Of a DNA stretch of 64,000 bases, positions 32,001 through 42,136 are shown piece by piece. The notes beneath the pieces are model-generated. The model did not search any database. It worked only from the letters and a program-made list of their open reading frames with translations, and had not been told where the DNA came from. The position numbers were made by a program, and so were the translations under genes. Position 1 is the first letter of the stretch. Every line of letters begins with the position of its first letter. This stretch comes from Longimicrobiales bacterium (lineage in GTDB: Bacteria > Gemmatimonadota > Gemmatimonadetes > Longimicrobiales > Gaopeijiaceae), in assembly GCA_965197725.1 (NCBI GenBank), contig CBDANQ010000054.1, forward strand, positions 38,823-102,822, written 5' to 3'.

Positions 32001-32054
32001 CGCGTCCTCACGCAGCGCTTGAGGAACACGCTGGCGCAGGTGGCGGCGGGTTAG
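29033..32054 (+). CDS. Npt/TLC-like MFS transporter fused to HEAT repeats and a cyclic nucleotide-binding domain (frameshift near 29108)
   Basis: About 12 TMs with RQAKRLLPLIGMG, HEAT repeats (HDVPEVRAEAA, HPDPAVRRAC), cNMP cassette FEQGDEGD...FGEMAIL..TRSATA. Confidence 0.8.
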
Positions 32055-32072
32055 CATTAGCAGCCCGGGCTG

Positions 32073-32135
32073 TTAGATCTTCCCGATAATCCAGCTGAGT
32101 ACAAGCCGGACGAGTCGTTTGAGGATCGTGATCAT
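32073..32135 (-). CDS. Candidate 20-aa amphipathic small protein MITILKRLVRLVLSWIIGKI
   Basis: AGGAG RBS 5 nt before ATG, TAA stop, starts 41 nt downstream of copA. Confidence 0.5.
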   Translation of the reverse strand: MITILKRLVRLVLSWIIGKI

Positions 32136-32176
32136 GCCGACTCCTACGGCACGCGGCGGTCCGGGGGTTCCCTCTC

Positions 32177-34432
32177 CTAAAGTCGTGCCCGGCGCAGCCG
32201 CAAACTGTTCCCGACGACGCTGACCGAACTGAACGCCATCGCGAATGCCGCCAGAATCGGGTGGAGGGCTCGTAGCATCATCGGCAGGAACGCCAGCGAG
32301 TAGAGTGCCCCCGCCGCTACCGGGATCAGGATCACGTTGTAGAAGAACGCCCAAAACAGATTCTGTTCGATCGTACGCATCGTAGCCCGGCTCAGCGCGA
32401 AAGCGACCGGCACGGCGCTCAGGTCTCCTCGCATGAGGGTGACGTCCGCAGTTTCCATCGCGACGTCCGTGCCCGTCCCGATCGCGATTCCCACGTCGGC
32501 CTGCGCGAGCGCCGGCGCGTCATTGATTCCGTCACCGACCATCGCCACCACGGCGTCTTCCTGCAGCTCCCTGATCGCCCCGACTTTGTGCTCCGGAAGG
32601 AGCTCGGCGCGCACGTCGATGATTCCGACCTCTTCGGCGATGGCTCGGGCCGTCGCCTCCCGGTCTCCGGTCAGCATCACCACACGGAGGCCGGCGTCCT
32701 GGAGCTCGCGCACCGCGTCCCTCGAGCCCTCTTTGAGGGAGTCGGCGACCGCGATCAGGCCGAGCACGCTCTCCTCCGTGGCGACCCAGAGTGGCGTCTG
32801 CGCGTGGGACTCGATGCGCGCCGCCGCGTCGGCCAAGGAGGCCGTCTCGACTCCGTTCTCCTCCAGGAAGGATCGGGTCCCCACCAGAATACCAGCGCCA
32901 TCGACCGACGCCGTCACCCCTCGGCCCGCCAGCGCCTCGAACCGCTCAGGCTCCGAGGGCGTCAGATCCCGACGCCTCGCCTCGACGAGGACGGCCTCCG
33001 CCAGGGGGTGTTCGCTTCTCAGCTCCGCGGAGGCGGCAAGGCGCAATAGCCTCGCATGGTCGCCGTCGAGGGCACGGACCTCGCGCACGACCGGCTCGCC
33101 ACGGGTGATGGTGCCGGTCTTGTCGAGCACGACGACACTCACCTGCTTCGCGCGCTCGAGCGCCTCCGAACTCCGAAACAGGATGCCCAGTCGGGCGCCG
33201 CGCCCCGTCCCGACCATCACCGCTGTCGGGGTGGCGAGCCCGAGCGCACAGGGGCACGCGATCACGAGCACCGCCACGAGGCGGATCAAGGCATCCGTAA
33301 CGCCGGCTCCCACTAGCAACCACCACACCAAGAAGGTGGTTGACGCTAGCGCGATGACCACGGGCACGAAGATGCCCGCAACCTGATCCGCGAGTCTCTG
33401 GATTGGCGCCTTGCTACCCTGAGCCTCGCGCACCAGGCGGATCACTTGGGCGAGCGCGGTCTCGGCCCCGACCTTCGTCGCGCGGAAGCGAAACGACCCC
33501 GAACGGTTCATGGTCGCCCCGATCACCTCGTCCCCCTGCTCCTTGTCGACGGGCATGCTCTCTCCGGTGAGCATGCTCTCATCCACCGACGACCGCCCGT
33601 CGAGCAGCACGCCGTCCACTGGTACCCGCTCTCCGGGCCGGACCACCACGATGTCGCCTACGTCGACCTGGTCCAGCGGGATCTCCCGCTCTTCGTCGCC
33701 CCGGACGACGCGTGCCGTGTCGGGCCGAAGACTCATTAGCTCTCGTATCGCCTCGCTCGTCTCTCCCTTCGCGCGAACCTCGAGCAGCTTGCCGAGCTTG
33801 ATGAGCGTAATGATCAGTGCGGCGGTCTCGAAGTAGACGTGCTCGCCGAAGCCAACGCTTCCGACGCTGAGCGCGAATGCCACAAGAACGGAGTAGGCGA
33901 ACGCGACGGACGAGCCCAGGGCGACCAGCACGTCCATGTTCGCCGATCCGTTGCGCAGCGATTTCCAGCTTCCGACGTAATAGTCCCAGCCCACGTAGAA
34001 CTGCACCGGCGCCGCGAGGGCGAACATGAGCCAATTCACCCACGTCGCATGCGCCCAGGCACCGAGCCACGAGAAGTCTCGGGCCATGCTGAGTGCGAAG
34101 AGGGGGCCAGCAAACAGAACTCCGGTCCAAAACATGCGTGTCTGCTTGCCCAGTTCGGCGCGCCGGACCTCGGCCTCCGCGTCGTCGAGATCCGGCTCAT
34201 CAGCCTGAACCACGCCGTAGCCGGCGCGCTCGACGGCTGCCGCCAGCTCGTCCACACCGAGCGTGGACGAGTCGACGTGCACGGTTGCCCGCTCGGTCGC
34301 GTAGTTGACCGCTACCTCCGTCACCCCTTCGGCCTTTCGCAGCGCACGCTCTACGGTCGCCGCACAGTTCGCGCAGGTCATGCCCGTGATGGGCAGGACA
34401 AACTCACGCTCCTTCAGGGCTTCAGGCGTCAT
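32177..34432 (-). CDS. copA: Copper-exporting P1B-type ATPase
   Basis: [31 protein letters not shown] and MAFSS. Confidence 0.96.
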   Translation of the reverse strand: MTPEALKEREFVLPITGMTCANCAATVERALRKAEGVTEVAVNYATERATVHVDSSTLGVDELAAAVERAGYGVVQADEPDLDDAEAEVRRAELGKQTRMFWTGVLFAGPLFALSMARDFSWLGAWAHATWVNWLMFALAAPVQFYVGWDYYVGSWKSLRNGSANMDVLVALGSSVAFAYSVLVAFALSVGSVGFGEHVYFETAALIITLIKLGKLLEVRAKGETSEAIRELMSLRPDTARVVRGDEEREIPLDQVDVGDIVVVRPGERVPVDGVLLDGRSSVDESMLTGESMPVDKEQGDEVIGATMNRSGSFRFRATKVGAETALAQVIRLVREAQGSKAPIQRLADQVAGIFVPVVIALASTTFLVWWLLVGAGVTDALIRLVAVLVIACPCALGLATPTAVMVGTGRGARLGILFRSSEALERAKQVSVVVLDKTGTITRGEPVVREVRALDGDHARLLRLAASAELRSEHPLAEAVLVEARRRDLTPSEPERFEALAGRGVTASVDGAGILVGTRSFLEENGVETASLADAAARIESHAQTPLWVATEESVLGLIAVADSLKEGSRDAVRELQDAGLRVVMLTGDREATARAIAEEVGIIDVRAELLPEHKVGAIRELQEDAVVAMVGDGINDAPALAQADVGIAIGTGTDVAMETADVTLMRGDLSAVPVAFALSRATMRTIEQNLFWAFFYNVILIPVAAGALYSLAFLPMMLRALHPILAAFAMAFSSVSVVGNSLRLRRARL

Positions 34433-34444
34433 CGTGCGGCCGAC

Positions 34445-34654
34445 TCAGGCGACTGGACGGTAGTTGATCTCTGTCATCAGAGCCTCGATCACGACCCAGT
34501 CCGTCGTCTCCGGGTCCCACGTGATCGTCACGTTTCGCGAGGTCTGCTCCGCCTTCACCGCGGAGACGCCATCCATCTCCGAGACCTCGCGCTCGATGGT
34601 CGCCACGCAGTGCCCACAGCTGATGTTGGGCACGTTCACGGTCTTGCTGGTCAT
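34445..34654 (-). CDS. copZ: Copper chaperone (HMA domain)
   Basis: ISCGHC motif, located between csoR and copA. Confidence 0.9.
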   Translation of the reverse strand: MTSKTVNVPNISCGHCVATIEREVSEMDGVSAVKAEQTSRNVTITWDPETTDWVVIEALMTEINYRPVA

Positions 34655-34677
34655 TCTTCTCTCCTCAGCGGGTCGGT

Positions 34678-34956
34678 TCACGCCTTCCCGGTCGCCTCGA
34701 ACACCTGAATCAACTCACCGAGTACCTGCTCCTTTTCCGCGTCGTCGGTACCCTGGATCGCCCTCGTCACGCAGTGATGGAGATGCTGGTCGAGCAGGAT
34801 GCCGCTGACCTTCTTCAGGGCCCGCTGGATGGCGAGTACCTGATTCACGACATCAATGCAGTACACGCCCTCCTCGACCATGCGCTCGACGCCTCTCACG
34901 TGGCCCTCGACGCTCTTGAGCCGCCGTAGGATGTCGACCTGTCTCTCATCGCTCAT
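34678..34956 (-). CDS. csoR: Copper-sensing repressor
   Basis: RLKSVEGHVRG...YCIDV...HLHHC. Confidence 0.92.
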   Translation of the reverse strand: MSDERQVDILRRLKSVEGHVRGVERMVEEGVYCIDVVNQVLAIQRALKKVSGILLDQHLHHCVTRAIQGTDDAEKEQVLGELIQVFEATGKA

Positions 34957-34984
34957 GCGTAGACTCCCCGCTGCACTCGAAGGT

Positions 34985-35011
34985 TACCCAACCCACCTGG
35001 GGGGGGGATAT
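34985..35011 (-). promoter_or_regulatory. Probable CsoR operator
   Basis: C-tract/G-tract pseudo-palindrome ACCCACCTGGGGGGGGGATA just upstream of csoR. Confidence 0.6.
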
Positions 35012-35085
35012 CATTAAGGTAGCAATGACTCGAGGCATGTCAATCGGTGCTTGTGGCGTGCTACCCGACCGGGCACCTTCCCGGC

Positions 35086-35739
35086 ATGTCACTCAAATCG
35101 TCGATCAAGACCCTTCTTACGCTCGGGAAAGGCGTCGCGAGCGGCCTCCCGGAGGCCGCTTCGCACATGGATCCGATCGAGCTGTTCGGTCATTGGTTTC
35201 ATGCCGCTGAGGAGTCCGGCATCCTGCTACCGGAATCGGTCACGCTCGCCACGGCGACCACGGACGGCAGGCCCTCTGTGCGTATGGTCCTGCTCAAGGG
35301 CGTGGACGAGCGCGGGTTCGTATTCTACACCAACTACGGCAGCCGGAAGGCCACCGAGTTGGACGCCAATCCGCACGCCGCGCTGTGCTTCTACTGGGCC
35401 GTCCTGCACCGCCAGGTGCGAGTGGCGGGGACCGTGCAACGTATCTCTGAAAAAGAGAGCGCCGACTACTTCGCTTCCCGTCCGAAAGGTGCTCGCCTCG
35501 GTGCGTGGGTGTCGAAGCAGAGCCAGCCCCTGAGTGGGCGCGAGGAGCTGGAGACACGCCTCCGCGAGGTCCAGGAGAGGTTCCCTGGAGACGACGTCCC
35601 GCTGCCGTCGTTCTGGGGAGGATACCGGTTGAGCCCGGACCAGATCGAATTCTGGCAGGGGCGCGCCGACCGGTTGCACGACCGTCTCGTGTTCACGCGG
35701 TCGGAGGACGGTTGGGACACGGCACGGCTCTATCCATGA
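35086..35739 (+). CDS. pdxH: Pyridoxamine 5'-phosphate oxidase
   Basis: RMVLLK, FYTNYGSRK, EFWQGRADRLHDR, RLYP terminus. Confidence 0.96.
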   Translation: MSLKSSIKTLLTLGKGVASGLPEAASHMDPIELFGHWFHAAEESGILLPESVTLATATTDGRPSVRMVLLKGVDERGFVFYTNYGSRKATELDANPHAALCFYWAVLHRQVRVAGTVQRISEKESADYFASRPKGARLGAWVSKQSQPLSGREELETRLREVQERFPGDDVPLPSFWGGYRLSPDQIEFWQGRADRLHDRLVFTRSEDGWDTARLYP

Positions 35740-35743
35740 ACGG

Positions 35744-36193
35744 TCAGCCGCCAGGGCGCACGTCGCACAGGCTACTGCCGCCACCGCCCCTGCGCCGGCT
35801 CGTCGAGTCGATGACGAGAAGCAAGGTCTGTCCCGGCTCGACGAACACAGTTCTGGTCACACACCTCCGGCTCGCGATAAGATCGACCTCGAAGCGGAGC
35901 TGATCCCCGCTGTTCCACGGCATCCTGAAGTCGCCGTCGCTCGCGCCCTCAACCCGACCCAGACGCCTCCGATTCCCTGGACCGACAGCGTAGATGGTAC
36001 CCGCGTTGAAGTTGGAGTTTCGGACCCGAACGCGGATCTCGCTCGCGCGACTGCTCGCTCGTGAGTCCGCCGAGCCCTCGAAGGGGTCGCCGCCGATCGC
36101 GCGCCCACCCGCGGCGCACGCAGCCGAGGCGATCATCACCGAGCAAACCACTACGGCCAAACCCAGCCGGTTGCGACGAGCGAAGCAGGTCAT
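35744..36193 (-). CDS. Hypothetical lipoprotein
   Basis: GGAG RBS, signal peptide with SAAC lipobox, small beta-rich domain. Confidence 0.6.
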   Translation of the reverse strand: MTCFARRNRLGLAVVVCSVMIASAACAAGGRAIGGDPFEGSADSRASSRASEIRVRVRNSNFNAGTIYAVGPGNRRRLGRVEGASDGDFRMPWNSGDQLRFEVDLIASRRCVTRTVFVEPGQTLLLVIDSTSRRRGGGGSSLCDVRPGG

Positions 36194-36313
36194 GTAAATC
36201 TCCAGGTATAGGTCCTAAGCAACCCGCGAGTGGTGGAAATTGGGCCCGGCATCGGCGCAGCGCGAGCCGGGTCCGAGACGCCGGCGAGAATCCCGACCGG
36301 AAGGAGGATCACG

Positions 36314-36991
36314 GTGACCGGCAGCAAGTACTTCACGCGAAACACTTTCGGGTTCATGTCGGAGTTGGCGGACAACAACGACCGCGAGTGGTTCGCCGAG
36401 AACAAACACCGCTACGAAGCCGACATCAAAGACGCCTCGCTCGGCTTCATCGAGGACTTCGCCGCTCACCTGGAGAAGCTCAGTCCGCACTTCATGGCGA
36501 CACCCCGCTCGCTCTTCCGCATTTACCGGGACGTACGGTTTTCGAAAGATAACAGCCCCTACAAGACGCACGCCGGTATCCACTTCCGTCACGAGCAGAG
36601 CAAGAACGCGCACGCCCCCGGGTACTACCTCCACCTCGAGCCCGGCGCCGTGTTCGCGGGCATGGGGATCTGGCACCCTGAGTCGAAGGCGCTGCGCGCG
36701 ATCCGCGAGCACATCGTCGCGGAGCCCGCCGCGTGGAAGAGGGCCTCGCGCGGGAAGAAGTTCAGGGATAGCATGCAACTCGAAGGGGATCGACTGACGC
36801 GCCCTCCCAAGGGTTTCGACCCCGAGCATACGCTTATCGAGGATCTGAAATGGAAGGACTGCATCGGTGTGAAGCACGTGTCGCAGTCGTTCGCAACGAG
36901 CGCCGATCTGCCGGAGGAGCTCGCCAAGATCTTCAAGGCCGGCACGCCCTTCATGACTTTCCTGTGCGACGCACTCGGAGTGCCCTTCTAG
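36314..36991 (+). CDS. DUF2461 family protein
   Basis: [33 protein letters not shown] before GTG. Confidence 0.9.
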   Translation: MTGSKYFTRNTFGFMSELADNNDREWFAENKHRYEADIKDASLGFIEDFAAHLEKLSPHFMATPRSLFRIYRDVRFSKDNSPYKTHAGIHFRHEQSKNAHAPGYYLHLEPGAVFAGMGIWHPESKALRAIREHIVAEPAAWKRASRGKKFRDSMQLEGDRLTRPPKGFDPEHTLIEDLKWKDCIGVKHVSQSFATSADLPEELAKIFKAGTPFMTFLCDALGVPF

Positions 36992-37001
36992 GCGGGCGCA
37001 C

Positions 37002-38702
37002 GTGAGCTCCGGCCTTCAGGCGGCACTCGCGCTCTTCCCGATCGCCCTGGGTGGGGTCCTGCTCGTCGGATTCCGCGTGCCCGCCAAGAAGGCCATGCCC
37101 GCCGCGTATGCCGCGGCGGTGGCCGTGGCGCTTTGGGCGTGGCAGATGGGGCCGTCGCGGGTTCTCGCGGCGTCGATCCAAGGTCTCTTTCTGAGCTTCG
37201 ACCTGCTCTTCATCATCTTCGGCGCCATCCTGTTGCTGCACACCCTCGAGCGATCCGGGGGCGTCGGCGCGATCCGCCGAAGCTTCCACGGCATAAGCGA
37301 CGACCGGCGCGTCCAGGTCGTGATCGTTGCGTGGCTCTTCGGCTCCTTCATCGAGGGCGCGGCCGGCTTCGGCGCCCCGGCAGCGGTGGCGTCTCCCCTG
37401 CTGGTCGCACTCGGCTTCCCAGCGGCCTCAGCCGTGATGCTCGGCATGATGGTGCAGAGCACGGCGGTCACCTTCGGCGCCGTCGGCACTCCGATCCTGG
37501 TAGGCGTGCAAGGCGGCCTGGGCGGGGAGGCGTTCTCCGCCGACCTAGCCGCGGCCGGCATGACCATTACCGACTTTCTCAGGGCCGTCACCGCAAAATC
37601 GGTGTTGTTGCACGCCACGGCGGGGGTGCTCATGCCCACCTGGATGGTCGTCATGATGACGCGCTTCTTCGGCAAGAACGGATCGTGGTCCGAAGGCCTG
37701 TCGATTCTGCCTTTCACACTGCTGGGAGGCCTCGCGTTCACGGTGCCCTACGTGCTCTTCGGCACCTTCCTGGGACCCGAGTTTCCCTCTCTGCTCGGGG
37801 CGCCGGTCGGCCTGGCGATCGTGGTCATCATCGCCCGCAAGGGTTGGTTGTTGCCGCAGGACACGTGGGACTTCCCGGACCGTGCGTCCTGGAAAGACGA
37901 GTGGGTCAGCGGCCTCGAAGAAGAGCTCGCCGACGTGCCTGAGGGCGAGAACATCCCAGCGGTCATGGCGTGGGCGCCCTATGCGATGCTCGGCGGCCTG
38001 CTCGTGCTGACCCGACTGCCGTCGTTGCCCATAGGTGCATGGCTACGCGCGGTCGACGTCGAGTGGGCGAACATCCTCGGGTCGGGCATCACCGCGACGA
38101 CGACTCCGCTGTATCTGCCTGGCTTCGTTCTGCTCGTCGTAGTGGCGATCACCGCGCTGCTGCACAGGATGGAGGGCAGCGACGTCGTCGACGCGGTGCG
38201 CTCGTCGAGCAAGGTGCTTGTGGGCGCGGGCATCGTGCTCGTGTTCACGGTTCCGATGGTCCGGGTCTATATCAATTCCGACGTGAACAGTGCCGACATG
38301 CTGTCGATGCCGCTCGCCATGGCGGACTGGGTCGCGGGCAACGTGGGTCAAATCTGGCCATTCTTCGCCGGATTCACCGGCGGGCTCGGCGCCTTCATCG
38401 CCGGCTCGAATACCGTCAGCAACCTGATGTTCTCCGCCTTCCAGTTCGGCGTGGCGGAGCGACTGGCGATGTCGACCGTGATGATCGTTTCGTTGCAGGC
38501 CGTTGGCGCCGCCGCAGGCAACATGATCGCGATCCACAACGTCGTGGCGGCCTCGGCGACCGTTGGCCTACTCGGAAAGGAAGGAGCGACGCTCCGGAAG
38601 ACCGTGCTGCCCACCATCTACTATTTGCTGGTAATCGGCGTCCTGGGTCTCATCGCCGTACACTGGCTCGGCGTGAGCGACCCCTTGATGGGGTCCGGCT
38701 GA
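37002..38702 (+). CDS. lldP: L-lactate permease
   Basis: [25 protein letters not shown]. Confidence 0.9.
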   Translation: MSSGLQAALALFPIALGGVLLVGFRVPAKKAMPAAYAAAVAVALWAWQMGPSRVLAASIQGLFLSFDLLFIIFGAILLLHTLERSGGVGAIRRSFHGISDDRRVQVVIVAWLFGSFIEGAAGFGAPAAVASPLLVALGFPAASAVMLGMMVQSTAVTFGAVGTPILVGVQGGLGGEAFSADLAAAGMTITDFLRAVTAKSVLLHATAGVLMPTWMVVMMTRFFGKNGSWSEGLSILPFTLLGGLAFTVPYVLFGTFLGPEFPSLLGAPVGLAIVVIIARKGWLLPQDTWDFPDRASWKDEWVSGLEEELADVPEGENIPAVMAWAPYAMLGGLLVLTRLPSLPIGAWLRAVDVEWANILGSGITATTTPLYLPGFVLLVVVAITALLHRMEGSDVVDAVRSSSKVLVGAGIVLVFTVPMVRVYINSDVNSADMLSMPLAMADWVAGNVGQIWPFFAGFTGGLGAFIAGSNTVSNLMFSAFQFGVAERLAMSTVMIVSLQAVGAAAGNMIAIHNVVAASATVGLLGKEGATLRKTVLPTIYYLLVIGVLGLIAVHWLGVSDPLMGSG

Positions 38703-38913
38703 CGGCGGGATGCTCCATTCGCGGTATCGTCCGGCTAGGAGGCCGCTTTACGGCTTGGAGGCCACGTCCCAGATCCGTGCACGGCGTTCGGGATCGAGGC
38801 GCATTTGCCGTGGAGAATGACCGGCTGCGGCGGAACACTCATCGGGTGACTGTCGCGAGCTCTGGCTGATCGCTGGGTCGTTTACGATGGGTCTCGGGAT
38901 CTGGGGTCGTACG

Positions 38914-40370
38914 GAAGCTGACCCAGCCGTAGTTGAAGGTCCCTGAAGAGGGAAAAGAAAAGTGGTGGCTCCGAGGGTGCCCGATCCGATAGGATCGGGT
39001 GCGCTAAAAACCCAAAAACGGAGCCACCACGATGAAGAGAACGTACGAAGTAGCGAGTGACACGGACAGGCGTGCGATGGCTGAGTTCGTGAAGCGAGAA
39101 GGCCAGTTCCTGCTGCCGATGGTCGAGCTCGTAGAGCACACGGAGCTCGCGATCGACGAAGTCGTCCAGGTGATGGGCCGAGCGACGATCGAGGCGGTAC
39201 TCGAGATGAGCGCCGAAGGTGTGGCGGGCCCGAAGCAATCGGGCAAGGCACGCGAGGAGGGGGCGACGGTCTGGTACGGCCGCCAGGGCGGTCAGGTCTA
39301 CCTGTCGGACCGAAAGGTCCGTATCCAGCGGCCTCGGCTGCGTGAGCGGACTGGCGGCCAGGGCGGCGAGGTCGAGGTGCCAGCGTACGAGGCGATGCGC
39401 AGGCCGGGCGCCATGGCGGACCGAATGTTGGAGATCCTGATGGCAGGTGTGAGCACCCGGAAATACGGCCAGGTGATCGGCGAGATGGCCGACACGGTGG
39501 GGGTGAGCAAGTCGTCGGTGAGCCGCGAGACGATCGAAGCGTCGGAGCGCGTGCTGAAGGAGCTGATGGAGCGGCGGCTGGACGCATGGGATCTGTTGGT
39601 GATCTACCTGGACGGTATCCAACTCGGTGCGCACCACGTACTTGCGGCTGTGGGCGTGGACACGGACGGCAAGAAGCACGTGCTGGGGATGCGGCAGGGA
39701 GCGAGTGAGAACACCGAAGTGACGACGGCCCTGCTGCAGGATCTGGTCGAGCGGGGTCTGGACCCCGAGCGTCGACGCCTGTTCGTGATCGATGGCTCGA
39801 AGGCGTTACGGAAGGCGATTGTTCAGGTGTTCGGCGCGGGCCACTCGGTCCAGAGATGCCGACATCACAAGCTCAGAAACGTGCTCGCTCACCTACCGAA
39901 GGATCAGCACCCGCAGGTGAAGGCCGCGATCCGCGCAGCATGGAAGCTCGATGCGAGGGACGGCGTGCAGAAACTCGAGCAGCTCGCGCGGTGGCTTGAA
40001 CGAGATCAGCCGTCGGCCGCAGCGAGCCTGAGGGAGGGGCTGGGTGAGATGTTCACAATCAACCGGCTTGGGCTACCGCCTCGGCTGAGGAAGTGCCTCG
40101 GCACCACGAACCTGATCGACAGCACCCACGCAGGCGTGAGGCAGAAGACCTATAGGGTGACGAACTGGAAGAACGGAGCGATGGCACTGAGATGGGCCGC
40201 TGCCTCCTTCGTCGAGACCGAGAAGAACTACCGACGCATCGTCGGCTTCGACCAACTCTGGATGCTCAAAGCTCACCTCGATGACCGCGAGCCGGTTGCC
40301 GAAATGAAGATGGCAGGTTAATCACGAAAGCCTCGGAGTCACCACCTTCAACTGAGCCGGGGACACCTTC
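38914..40370 (+). mobile_element. IS256-family insertion sequence, 1457 bp
   Basis: 27-bp terminal inverted repeats (21/27 match). 8-bp target duplication GTCGTACG at 38906-38913 and 40371-40378. Confidence 0.95.
39032..40321 (+). CDS. IS256-family transposase
   Basis: GVSTR, IYLDG, VIDGSKAL, QRCRHHK, TTNLID. Confidence 0.95.
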   Translation: MKRTYEVASDTDRRAMAEFVKREGQFLLPMVELVEHTELAIDEVVQVMGRATIEAVLEMSAEGVAGPKQSGKAREEGATVWYGRQGGQVYLSDRKVRIQRPRLRERTGGQGGEVEVPAYEAMRRPGAMADRMLEILMAGVSTRKYGQVIGEMADTVGVSKSSVSRETIEASERVLKELMERRLDAWDLLVIYLDGIQLGAHHVLAAVGVDTDGKKHVLGMRQGASENTEVTTALLQDLVERGLDPERRRLFVIDGSKALRKAIVQVFGAGHSVQRCRHHKLRNVLAHLPKDQHPQVKAAIRAAWKLDARDGVQKLEQLARWLERDQPSAAASLREGLGEMFTINRLGLPPRLRKCLGTTNLIDSTHAGVRQKTYRVTNWKNGAMALRWAAASFVETEKNYRRIVGFDQLWMLKAHLDDREPVAEMKMAG

Positions 40371-40619
40371 GTCGTACGACCCTGCGCTGGTCGCTCTCTC
40401 CTGCCGCGAGGGCGCTCCGCATTGCGGCACCGTTGACGGATCCCCAGCTTCTCCCCAAGCTAGCCGCGATCGCGGAGCATGCTTCTATCGTCACTGAAGC
40501 CGTGAATGCTTCCTGCATGTCGCTGATCATCGAGGAATCGGCTTCGTTCTCAAGCCTGCGTAGAGGGTGCTCGCACCGCCGATGCGTTTCTGAAACACCC
40601 TGTCACGGAGGGCCAGCTT

Positions 40620-41720
40620 ATGAAGCACGGGCATGCGGCACCGCTGAAGCACGTCGAAAGCGGAATGGTCGATCGGCGCCGGTTCCTCCAGGCGCTGGGG
40701 CTGACTGCGACTGTGGGGTTCACCGTCAATGCGTGCGACGGTGCGGGCCCAGACGGCCAGGTCCTGCCGGCCGACACACCATTGGGCTCGCTCGGGCCGC
40801 TCATTGGCGTGCGAACCTTCCCCGCCACCACGGTCAACCACCTCTCGTACGCTGCGACCGACTATGCCAGGATTCGCGATTTCTACGTGGATCTCTTCGG
40901 GATGACGGTGACGTGGGACGATGGCCAGGGATGCGCGCTCGAGTTCGGAGATCCCCAGCGTCCGAACGGCATGTACATCCGCAGAGTACCGGAAGGTCAG
41001 CAACCGAACGTGAACCATTTGGGCATCGGAGTTGCGAACTTCATGCTCTACAAAGAGGCGATGTACGCCGAGATCATGCGCCGGGAGCTCGAAAACGTGG
41101 TGCCGGATGGAGAACATGGCTGGATCCTCCGAGACCCCGATGGCTACTCACTCGATATCATCGTGGAGAAGAGTCCGGCCATGTTCCCCGGTGCGGCTTC
41201 CCCCTGTGCGGTCGCGGACTCAGAGGAATGCCGGGCAGCGTACGCGGTCGGGCTCAGGAACCTCGCGAGCGCCCCGAAGCCGAGCGGGACAGGCTTCAGG
41301 GCGTATGCGTTCAGCCACATCGTGCTGAACACGACGGACGTTCCGCAGGCTCGCGAGTTCTACGAGAACATGCTGGGCATGCACGTGATCTACGACCAGC
41401 CGGCGGCTGCGGGGCGGGAGCCGCAGGTGTTCCTCCGGTTCGGCGAGAACACGCTCATCCTGCGGCAGGCCGCGGTGGACGCGGCCCCGTTCTGCGATCA
41501 CTTCGGACTGGCGATCCACGACTACGACTCTGTCGCGGTGGAGGCCGAGCTCAGGCGGCGCGGGCTGGACCCAAAGCCCGATTCGAAGATGGCACGGACC
41601 ATCATGGATCCGGACGGCCTGCGCATCGAGGTCGCGGCCTATGGATATCCGGAGCACATCGCGAGGGACTGTGGTGGGTCGAGCGCGACCTGCCCGGCTG
41701 CACCGGGAACTAACGCGTAG
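40620..41720 (+). CDS. Tat-exported tandem VOC/glyoxalase-family protein
   Basis: DRRRFLQ Tat motif with NAC lipobox-like Cys. Two VOC modules (NHLSY...RDFYVDLFG...RDPDG and SHIVL...EFYENMLG...MDPDG). Confidence 0.8.
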   Translation: MKHGHAAPLKHVESGMVDRRRFLQALGLTATVGFTVNACDGAGPDGQVLPADTPLGSLGPLIGVRTFPATTVNHLSYAATDYARIRDFYVDLFGMTVTWDDGQGCALEFGDPQRPNGMYIRRVPEGQQPNVNHLGIGVANFMLYKEAMYAEIMRRELENVVPDGEHGWILRDPDGYSLDIIVEKSPAMFPGAASPCAVADSEECRAAYAVGLRNLASAPKPSGTGFRAYAFSHIVLNTTDVPQAREFYENMLGMHVIYDQPAAAGREPQVFLRFGENTLILRQAAVDAAPFCDHFGLAIHDYDSVAVEAELRRRGLDPKPDSKMARTIMDPDGLRIEVAAYGYPEHIARDCGGSSATCPAAPGTNA

Positions 41721-41830
41721 CGCAGGGCGGCTGGGCTCGGCGGGTACATCCACTCCGGCCACCCAACGCAGGGACGACGAAGAAGTCGTTCCGTCGGTCA
41801 CCCTCGTGCAGAACTTCTGCGAGGAGCTGA

Positions 41831-41938
41831 AGCTCCGGCAGTGGAAATCACTTCGTCGAGTTCGGCACTTTCGCTGTCGACAACGACGATTTGGGCGTTG
41901 CGCCGGGCCGGTATCTCGCCCTGCTGAGCCACAGCGGG
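41831..41938 (+). pseudogene. rtcB: Internal fragment of RNA ligase RtcB
   Basis: Hand translation gives SSGSGNHFVEFGTFAVDNDDLGVAPGRYLALLSHSG, containing the GNHF and HSG(SRG) active-site motifs. Confidence 0.75.
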
Positions 41939-42136
41939 AGGCAGATAAGCCGCGGCGAATCATGCCTGCATCCACCGGCACATCGCCGAACATCTCGGCG
42001 CTCAGGCGAATTTCTGTGCAGGCCCACCTCGTACTCGGGCCAGTTCCGCACCCGATATCAAGACTTCGCGTACCCGCCGGGTTTCATGGACCAGATCCGG
42101 ACGAGAGAATCTACCGCTTCGTGTGGACCGCGCCCC

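Noticed and set aside
38748..40530. Minus-strand ORF restored by removing IS256
   Set aside because: The halves join in frame, but the product has no recognisable motifs or protein-like composition, which is expected by chance at high GC.
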